Positions 18,363-26,200 of a stretch of DNA of 64,000 nt are shown here, one piece after another. How positions within the stretch are numbered: the first letter of the stretch is position 1; the number at the start of each line of letters is the position of its first letter. The translations under genes were made by a program, and so were the position numbers. The notes below the pieces were generated by a model, which made no database searches, had not been told where the DNA came from, and worked only from the letters and a program-made list of their open reading frames with translations. This stretch comes from a virus (lineage: Duplodnaviria; Caudoviricetes): positions 1 through 64,000 of the IMG/VR virus record IMGVR_UViG_3300015607_000582; one strand, given 5' to 3'.

Positions 18363-21300
18363 TCAGTAGAGCCAGTCGTCGGTGTTGGAGATGTCGTCCG
18401 TGTAGTGCGTCTGCGTCAGGTCGAGGTCGCCGAAGTTGCGAGCGAGCTTGCCCTCACCCTCTTCGATCAGCTCGCGGATCTCGCGGCTGGAGTAGTCGCG
18501 GCCAGCGGTCTTCGACAGCTCGGGCGCGTGCCACGGGAAGTGGTCGTCGAGCGAGGCAGTCTTGCCTTCGGCGAAGTCGCGCTCTCGACGGTCTTCCACG
18601 CACTCTTCGCACTCGTGGTCACCAGCGCACGTACACTTGCCCTCCTCATCCTCGGATCCAAAGGCGGGGGCCGCCTTGTCGCCGAAGTTGGCGAGGTTGG
18701 CCGCCTTGAAGTCAGAGAGGTTGCCGCCGTCGTCGGAGTGCTGATGCTCGGTCGGCGCGGGGACATCGTCGGCCAGATCGCCCGGCGAGCCCTCGGCGGG
18801 ACTGGCGTCGACCGGCTTGAACGTCAGCTTCTGAAGCTGCAGGTCAGCGACCGACAGAGTGTCCTGAAAGTCCATCTGGCCCGTGTGGATCGTGTAGGTG
18901 ATGTCGCTGCCCGCGATCTTGTCGATGGTCACCTTGTCCGGCACGGTGTAGTCCGGACTGGCCATCAGGTACGTCGAGCCCTCCTTGAGGGGATGGCCGC
19001 TCTCGTCCTTGATGCCCGCCTCGTTCTCGCCGTCGTCGGCCACAGCAGTCTCGGACTGGTGCGCTGGGGCACCGTGACCGAAGTCGAACTGGTCGGCGTC
19101 GTCGACATGTGCGGTGTCGCTGTCGCTGTGCTCGGCTTCCTTGACTGATGCGTAGGAGTACGGCGCGTACCCCGCAGGTGCGCCGTACGGGTCGCCGATT
19201 GGATCCATGTCGGCAGCAGGGTCTGCGCCCCCGCCCGCACTGAAGTCCATGGTCGGGTGATCCGTGCCAGTGCCGTCAGCGGGCTCCAGCTCGGTCACGG
19301 GGATCGACTCTTCGTGACCGCCCTCGAAGCGGACGGTTGCCCGACCGGGGGAGGACGGGTGGACGGTTGTCAGTTCGACGACCACGCCGACTGGGTCGTC
19401 GTGAGATGGCGTGAGCGAGCGGCGGCGAACAGCGGTTCCGATCTCGACCGAGGCCACCTTGGCCGCGACCGGCATGGGGGCACCGACTGCGCTCGGAGCC
19501 TCCGAGAGGCCGGGTGCGTACTCTGCGGTGCCGATGTCGGTGTCGTCGCCCTCCCACTCGGCGGTGGGCTCGGCGCTGAGGTCCACGTCATGCTCGGCCG
19601 GGTCGAGCGTGGTGCCAGCCAGCTCGTCTGCACGCTGCTGCTCGGCGGCCTGCTCGCGCTCCAGCTTGCGCTGCTCGTACTCCGCGTCCTTGTCGTCCCA
19701 ATACTTCTGGGTCGTCATCGCGGGCTTGAAGTTGCACTTGCCGCCGAAGTCCGGGCTCTTGCAGTAGTTCGAGCCGTAGTTCGACGGAGCGAACGAGCCG
19801 AACTGCGGCGAGCCAGCAAGCAGTGAGTGGTCGATGAGGTCGGTGTGGGCCGGACAGAGCTTCGGGCGACGCGCAGCGACCTTCTCCAGCACCTCGTCGA
19901 TGTTCACGCTGGACTCCTTCTTGTCACCCTTGTCGGAATGGTCCTTGTATCCGGGGAACACCGCCTCCAGCGCGGCGTCGACGGACTTGAAAATCTCGTC
20001 TGCTGAGTTGTCCTCGTCGCTGTCGGCGAGGACGATGATGTGATCCAAGTTCTCGCCGAACATCTTGAGGGCGGAAAGCTGCTCATCGCTCATGCCGGTC
20101 AGCTCATCGACCCAGTTGTCGGGGAGATCCTCGCCCTCCGAGGTGCCGCCCACGTCGTTGACGTCCTTCAAGAACTCAGGCGCGTCCGAATGCTGCTCCT
20201 GAAAGCCGCGTGTGCCGTCGTTCTCGGGGTGGTCATCGTCGCCCCGCATGATGAAGTCGCTCTGAGACTCCTCGTTGGACTTCGCCCCTGCGATCATCGC
20301 AGCGGGGGCCGTCGGCGTCGGGGGCGCGGGCTGAGCTGGCTGCTCGGGCTGCTGTCCGCCGCCCATGAGCATGTTGCCCATGCTGACGCCCCGCATGACA
20401 TTGCCCATGCTGCCCAGCAGGCTGCCCGATGCAGCGCCGCCAGTGGCACCGGCCGCGCCGCCTGCTGCGGCACCACCAGCCGCGCTCCCGGCGGCAGCGG
20501 CCCCTCCGCGTGCCACCAGCGGGAGCAAGAGGCGACCCGCAGCCGCAGCGAGCGGCGCGAGGAACGCCCACGCGGTCGTCTGGCGACCGCCCAGTGTCAC
20601 GGCAGGCTGCTTCAGCTCGCAGGAGGCGCACTTCGCGCCATGCGGGCCCTCCACCATCGAACCCCCGCACTCGGGGCATGCGTCGAGTGACGCATCGGCC
20701 TCGCGAAGGTCGTGCTCCCAAGAGGACTCGTGTTCGGGGAAAGCTCGCATCTCATCCTTTAGGCGCTTGGGAGCCGAGGCAAGGCTCGGGTAGTCGTGGT
20801 CGGTCTTCAGGTAGTTCTGCTTCGGCACGCGATCAGGGAACGGGCCAAGGTCGGCTCGTGGCTGCGCGTGCTCGTGCAGTTCATGCTGCTGGTAGTGGCA
20901 CTGCTCGCAGACACCATCAACGCCAACGGTGCCGTGAGCGCAGTTGGGGCACTTGGAGGCGTGACGCACGAGGTTTGCGCGCTGCTCGGGCGTGTCACGC
21001 TCGTGCCACATGGCCGGGACGACCGTTGGCTCCGCCTGTGGCTGGTTTTCGTTCTTGAGTGGTCCGCCGCTGCACGCCTTGCTGTACATGAGGCCATCCA
21101 TCTTGGAGTGATACCAGCCGTCGCCGTGGTCGGACTGCCAGATTGGTTGCTGGCAGTGCCGACAGATTGCCTCCTCCGAGCCAGAGAGCCCGGCGCTGCG
21201 CGCAAGGTCGAGCCCGCCGTTCTCCTCGGTGTCGTGGTCGTGGCGATGCAGATCGACGGGGATGACGTCGCCGACGGCGTCGGGATCCATGTCGACGGGA

Positions 21301-21764
21301 ATCGTGAGCGGAGTGTCGGGACCGAGGTGGGCAATCAAGACGGGGGTCGGGTGCTGGCTGCGGGCGTCGTGGGCGTCGAACTTCACATGGATCGCCATCC
21401 CGTCCTTGCGCGGGAACGGCTCTCCGACCACGACCCCAGACTCGCCCTTGTATGGGCTCCACCCCTTGTGGGGATCCACGATGAGCTGGACGCGGTCGCC
21501 GATCTTCGGAGACCATGTGCTCGCCAAGATACCCGTGGCGTCCGGGTTCTTGGGGCGCACGGTGTGGATGGCAGGGTCAAGCGTCTGTCCAGCTCCCTGC
21601 CAATCCATTGGCGGGTTCTCGTCCTGATCCTCGCCCTCGACATAACGCTGCGAGGTCGGGTCCCAGCGCATGACCTTGCCGCTGAGTGGGTCCTTCCAGT
21701 CGGGCATGTGCAGGTCGTCAGCCATGCGCAGAAGCGAACGCCACGACGTCGTTGATGTTGCCAC
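18363..21764 (-). CDS. large modular virion-associated protein (SH3-like and Zn-ribbon modules)
   Basis: about 1130 aa (alternative start 21725); several CxxC and KIGDRV-type modules separated by [KR]xA motifs. Confidence 0.7.
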   Translation of the reverse strand: MATSTTSWRSLLRMADDLHMPDWKDPLSGKVMRWDPTSQRYVEGEDQDENPPMDWQGAGQTLDPAIHTVRPKNPDATGILASTWSPKIGDRVQLIVDPHKGWSPYKGESGVVVGEPFPRKDGMAIHVKFDAHDARSQHPTPVLIAHLGPDTPLTIPVDMDPDAVGDVIPVDLHRHDHDTEENGGLDLARSAGLSGSEEAICRHCQQPIWQSDHGDGWYHSKMDGLMYSKACSGGPLKNENQPQAEPTVVPAMWHERDTPEQRANLVRHASKCPNCAHGTVGVDGVCEQCHYQQHELHEHAQPRADLGPFPDRVPKQNYLKTDHDYPSLASAPKRLKDEMRAFPEHESSWEHDLREADASLDACPECGGSMVEGPHGAKCASCELKQPAVTLGGRQTTAWAFLAPLAAAAGRLLLPLVARGGAAAAGSAAGGAAAGGAAGATGGAASGSLLGSMGNVMRGVSMGNMLMGGGQQPEQPAQPAPPTPTAPAAMIAGAKSNEESQSDFIMRGDDDHPENDGTRGFQEQHSDAPEFLKDVNDVGGTSEGEDLPDNWVDELTGMSDEQLSALKMFGENLDHIIVLADSDEDNSADEIFKSVDAALEAVFPGYKDHSDKGDKKESSVNIDEVLEKVAARRPKLCPAHTDLIDHSLLAGSPQFGSFAPSNYGSNYCKSPDFGGKCNFKPAMTTQKYWDDKDAEYEQRKLEREQAAEQQRADELAGTTLDPAEHDVDLSAEPTAEWEGDDTDIGTAEYAPGLSEAPSAVGAPMPVAAKVASVEIGTAVRRRSLTPSHDDPVGVVVELTTVHPSSPGRATVRFEGGHEESIPVTELEPADGTGTDHPTMDFSAGGGADPAADMDPIGDPYGAPAGYAPYSYASVKEAEHSDSDTAHVDDADQFDFGHGAPAHQSETAVADDGENEAGIKDESGHPLKEGSTYLMASPDYTVPDKVTIDKIAGSDITYTIHTGQMDFQDTLSVADLQLQKLTFKPVDASPAEGSPGDLADDVPAPTEHQHSDDGGNLSDFKAANLANFGDKAAPAFGSEDEEGKCTCAGDHECEECVEDRRERDFAEGKTASLDDHFPWHAPELSKTAGRDYSSREIRELIEEGEGKLARNFGDLDLTQTHYTDDISNTDDWLY
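20752..20762 (-). promoter_or_regulatory. late promoter motif (intragenic)
   Basis: CTAAAGGATGA; in-frame ATG at 20750. Confidence 0.5.
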
Positions 21765-22116
21765 TGGCAGAGATGGCCTGCACGCCCACGAACTCGGGCG
21801 CGAACGAAGACAGGTCGAGGCATCGCTTGGCCCCTGCGGCGACCGCGAAGGTCACGAGTCCCGAGGCGTCGTCCTTGAGCAGCGGGTGCAGCTCGTCCGC
21901 AAGGGCGTTTGCCGGAAGGCTGTTGCGCCCACCCGGCTGCCCCGGCGTCGCAGCGCCCGCAAGCACGTTGATGGTCACGCTCTGCGCGCTACCGTTCTCG
22001 ACGTAGATCGCGACCTGCCCACGGCTCTGGACGGAAGCGATTCGCGAGTAAGTGCCCCCGCCAGCGGCGATGGTGTCGTCTGCAGAGAAGAGGACCTGAC
22101 TGGTCTGGTTGGACAT
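21718..22116 (-). CDS. small beta-rich structural protein
   Basis: 132 aa; GGAG RBS; late promoter upstream. Confidence 0.65.
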   Translation of the reverse strand: MSNQTSQVLFSADDTIAAGGGTYSRIASVQSRGQVAIYVENGSAQSVTINVLAGAATPGQPGGRNSLPANALADELHPLLKDDASGLVTFAVAAGAKRCLDLSSFAPEFVGVQAISASGNINDVVAFASAHG

Positions 22117-22143
22117 TCGTGTCGCTCCATGGTGCGTGATCGG

Positions 22144-22154
22144 TCACTCGTTAG
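22144..22154 (-). promoter_or_regulatory. late promoter motif
   Basis: CTAACGAGTGA. Confidence 0.65.
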
Positions 22155-22171
22155 GCGTGAGCAGCTACGAC

Positions 22172-22204
22172 AAAGCGGCCCCGCACACCGAAACGGAGCC
22201 GCTT
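22172..22204 (-). terminator. intrinsic terminator
   Basis: AAGCGGCTCCG...CGGGGCCGCTTT after the 22233 ORF. Confidence 0.6.
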
Positions 22205-22232
22205 CGCCTGCATGGCCTTGTGGCCAATCCGT

Positions 22233-22724
22233 CTACGAGAGTCGGAACTCGCAATCGACCTGATGCGTGTTGCCCGACACGTAGGTGCGCTCGCTTGCGA
22301 GGTCAGCGCCGAACAGGGCGTTGTCCGCCCCGACGACGTCCGAGCCAGCGAGGAACCACATGCGGGCACCGTTCGGGGCGGGGGTGCCGCTGAAGGTGAA
22401 CTCCGCCTGAATGGCGGAGGACTGGTAGCTGCCCGAGACCAGCGAACTCGCGGGCCAACTGTCGGTGTGCCGGTCGAGGGAGAAGCGGTCGTACCCGGCC
22501 GGTGTCGCCGACCCGATCTCCTCGATGGCGGCGATGTCCGACGTCTTGTCCAGTTCGCTGATGGCCGAGGTGCCGAGACCGATGCCCCACTGGTTGGGGG
22601 CCCCGGTGCCCGGCGGCGGGATGAGCTGGACGGTGTCGACCGTGTAGGCGGCCGCCGCGCCGGATCCGTTCAGGATGCCGTCGAGGAAGGCGCGCTCACC
22701 GCGATGGAAGAAGATGCTGGCCAT
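22233..22724 (-). CDS. putative minor tail/baseplate-like structural protein
   Basis: 163 aa; GYDRFSL...AEFTFS...ERTYVSGNTHQV pattern typical of fibre-associated proteins. Confidence 0.55.
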   Translation of the reverse strand: MASIFFHRGERAFLDGILNGSGAAAAYTVDTVQLIPPPGTGAPNQWGIGLGTSAISELDKTSDIAAIEEIGSATPAGYDRFSLDRHTDSWPASSLVSGSYQSSAIQAEFTFSGTPAPNGARMWFLAGSDVVGADNALFGADLASERTYVSGNTHQVDCEFRLS

Positions 22725-22745
22725 GTGAACCCTTCGGTGTGGTGC

Positions 22746-22756
22746 TCAACTGTTAG
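22746..22756 (-). promoter_or_regulatory. late promoter motif
   Basis: CTAACAGTTGA. Confidence 0.65.
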
Positions 22757-23220
22757 GAGGTTGGGCGATCAGAGTAGGTGAAGCTCGCGCGTGCAAGATC
22801 GAACTCCTTGCACTCGCCGACCTGCGATGTCCCGTCGGTGAACCGGACGAACCACCGCTTCGGCTTCAGCCCGAAGCGCATCTCGCGTCGGGAGCTGTAG
22901 ACGGCCTCGGCGAGCATCGCGGGGGCAGTGGCGACGCAACCGACGCAGAAGCCGGGCACCGGGCCCTTGAGATCCTTGCTGGAGAGCAGCGCCACTCGCG
23001 ACTTCGCGTCTCGGTCTCGCATGTCGAAGCCCACCTCCTGCACATGCAGGATCGGCGTGCCCTGACAGTTGCGCGCCTCGCGCATCCAGCAGTGCTGCTG
23101 GCGGTTCATCGCTGCGCTCGCCAGCTCGCGGTTCATGCGGTCGTGTGCGAGCTTGTGCGCCGGGGAGACTTCGACGTCGCGCGTCGCCTCCTCGGGGATG
23201 ACGAGGTGGGGCTCGCTCAT
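22753..23220 (-). CDS. hypothetical protein
   Basis: ATGA overlap with the 23217 stop; MSEPHLVIPEE... Confidence 0.6.
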   Translation of the reverse strand: MSEPHLVIPEEATRDVEVSPAHKLAHDRMNRELASAAMNRQQHCWMREARNCQGTPILHVQEVGFDMRDRDAKSRVALLSSKDLKGPVPGFCVGCVATAPAMLAEAVYSSRREMRFGLKPKRWFVRFTDGTSQVGECKEFDLARASFTYSDRPTS

Positions 23221-26200
23221 CGCATCCTCTTCATGCGTCGCCGAAGTGCGGGAGCCATGTTCTGCCGCTTGATCGTCTTCATCTCCTTGACGACCTTGGT
23301 CACCCACTCGCCGGGCTCGCCCTTCAGCGCCTCGCGCACGACCTTCTGGCTGGCACCGCACTCGATGGCGACCTTGGCGACGGAGCGCGCACCCGTGTCG
23401 GTCTTGCTGACCGTGCGGAGCTTCTCCTTCAGCTTGCGCACCTTCTCGGTGGTCTTGTAGTCGGCGGTCTTCGCGGCCCAGTGCTCGGGAAGCGTGTCGG
23501 GCGTCGAGACGGCGGGCTCGATGAGCTTCAGGTTGCGCAGGGGCTCGACGACCTTGGTGCCAGTCATAGTCTGGTCGCGGTGCCACGACGGAAGTGGTCG
23601 GTCGATGACTGCATCGAGGCCACGAAGTTCAACGATGGTGCCGGAGTAGCCCCAGCCGTATGGCGGCCCCATGCGGTCGTACCACTGTCGTCGTCGGCGG
23701 TACTCGCCCTCAGACGGGGCGATCTGCACGAGATCGCCAACCCTAAAGGCGGGCGTCGCCACTCGGCGCATGAAGTCCCACCGGCCGGTGCTCCACCCAG
23801 CGGTGTGCAGCGTGCCGATGGGAATCTCTCCGACACCCCACTCGTAGATGGCGAGCTGCCGGTTCCGCTTGCCCTCCTCCATCGCCGCGTTGAGGTCGCG
23901 GAAGTGCGCGCTGATGTCGAGGTGGACGTGCCCGTCGGGGGCGACCCATGTGCCAATGTAGTCGCCGCGCTGCAGCGCACCAGCGGCGGCGTCCCTGAAC
24001 GCCTGCAGCCGATCCTCGCTCAGCTCACTGATCTCGATGACTGCGGTGGGGTCGCGCTTGCTGACCATGTAGCCGCTGTCGAACTCGACTGGGCGCAGTG
24101 TGTTCGGGTCCAGCGTCGCGCCGCCGTTGCGGAGGATGGAGTCGATGACCGGCGACGAAGTGATGCGCCAGCCGAGGCGCGAGAGCCGCCAGTCGGGGCT
24201 GTCGAGCGACACAGGCGTCTGCTTCAACTGGCCGGGATACGTCGGGTAGTTGTTGTCGCGGTCTCGCCAGTGCGGTTGCAGGTAGCCGTCGCCGAACTGC
24301 TTGCGCTGCTGCTCGATGTCGTACTTGCGCTTGCCCTCGCGCCACGCCTCCATCTGAGCCTCGTACAGCTTGCTGTCGCGATGCGGCTGGCCACCGATGC
24401 CAACGATCTGATTCTTGGCGAAGAACGACGGCTTGGGTGGGACATGCACGTTGACGTATGGCCGGTACCGCCCCTCCTCCAGCGCACGATGATCCCTCCA
24501 TGGGGCCGCGAACCAGCCATCACTCAGCCCCCCGTACGAGTTTACGTCTGGCACTGGCATCTGCGGGGGCTCGGCGGCCCCGAGCTGACGCATGTACCGC
24601 AGCACTGCGTTGACGCCCGGAGCTTGCGCGGCACTTGGATCGGTCCAGCCCTCGGGGCTGAACAGATGGCCCTGACCGGGCGTCGGATCCTGATCGGGCG
24701 GTGCGATCTGGCGCACGGCCTCGATCATCTGCTCCCAGTCGGCCGCCCCACCCCCGCGCTCCTGCGTGAATCGGTTGTTGATCTGATCGTGGTGATGCGT
24801 GGCGGCGTAGGCAGCGTTGACGAGCTGCTCGACATCTTCCTCATCACGCTGACCGGCGCTGTACTCAGCGACCGCGTTCACGAGCAGGCGCTCCAATCCC
24901 GCGAGGTCGACGTTCACCTCACGCGGCTGCATCTCGGTGTAGATGAAGCCGCCGTTGCGATGATCCTCTTCGAGCTGGCCTTCCTGATCGTAGTCGTATT
25001 CGCTCGGGTAGCGCGTGACGTTGTCGTAGTAGCTCCGAAGCTCGTCCTCGTCGTCGCCGATGTTGTGGTCGGGGCCGTGCCGCTCGTAGTTGGGATTCTC
25101 GTAGGCAGCCTCCATCTGCTCTTCGACGGACTCCTGATTGGTCATCGAGTAGCCGCGCGACTTCAGCGCACCGAACCACTCCTGCACCATCTCGTCGTAC
25201 TCGGGGATGGGGTCACGGTTGCCCTTGCCCTGCACCTGCACGACGTCGATGTTCGGGTCGTCGATGCCGGTGATCGGACGCTCGGTCAGGTCGCCGTGCT
25301 GGCCCTTGAACTCGATGGTGACATGCGGCTCGCCCTTGGGGTCGCGCAGCGAGTAGATGGTGCTGCTGCCGTTGCGCACGTTCCAGCAGTAGCCGCCGAC
25401 GCAGTTGTGGACGACTGCGCCGTTGACGAGGTAGCTATGCACCCCCTCAACCTCAAGGTTGTAGACCGATCCGGCGTGCGACTCAGACTCGACGCTAGTG
25501 ACCTCTGTGGCGTAGTAGCCCTCCATCCATGTGTTGGAGTGCCACGCGCCGTCCTCAGCTTTCCATTCGACCTTCCACGACGGCTTGGCATTGTCGTACC
25601 CGGAAAGGCGCGTCAGTGGACGAAGGGTCGGGCGCATGCCCTGATGCACGGCGAGCATTCGTACCTGCTGGGCCAGCACCTGCGATGTAGAGGTGAAGAC
25701 GTGTCGATTCTCACCGAGCACATGGTGACCGTCGGCGGCAAGTAGCCCTTCAAGCGCAGCGTCGAGGTCCCACACGCCATCGAACAGGAAGTCAGGCAGA
25801 CGCTTTGTCGAAGAGCTTCGCCCACACGCGGCAGCAAGATCGCCAGCGAGCTTCGTCCCATAGGCGTTGACCCGTCGGTAGGTTCCATGATCCTCGATGT
25901 GAACGCTCGTCGCGCCCATCCCGCGCAGCGCCCGCTCGGCGCGCTCGTGATCGTCCTTGGGGGACATGACGATCTGGATGGCAGACGGCTTGCCCGCATT
26001 GCTCGCCCGGACAGAGCCATCGCCCACGTAGACACCGATCAGCCATGCCGTATCGGCCGATGGCGCGAAAGCCGAGGGCGCGTCTGCGCGTGTGAAATCG
26101 GTGGCTGGCGAAAGCAGGCGATCTCCCGGTCGCAGGTCTCGGGCCGGGATCCACTCCGCCTTCGTGCCGGTCGGGAATCGCTTGGCAAGGTATCGCCACT

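Noticed and set aside
22184-22200. CACACCGAAACGGAG on + resembling the early leader
   Set aside because: Better explained as part of the - strand terminator hairpin; no promoter or credible + ORF.
22843-22852. GGTTCGTCCG middle-box match
   Set aside because: Again a W-F-V-R coding coincidence without a -10.
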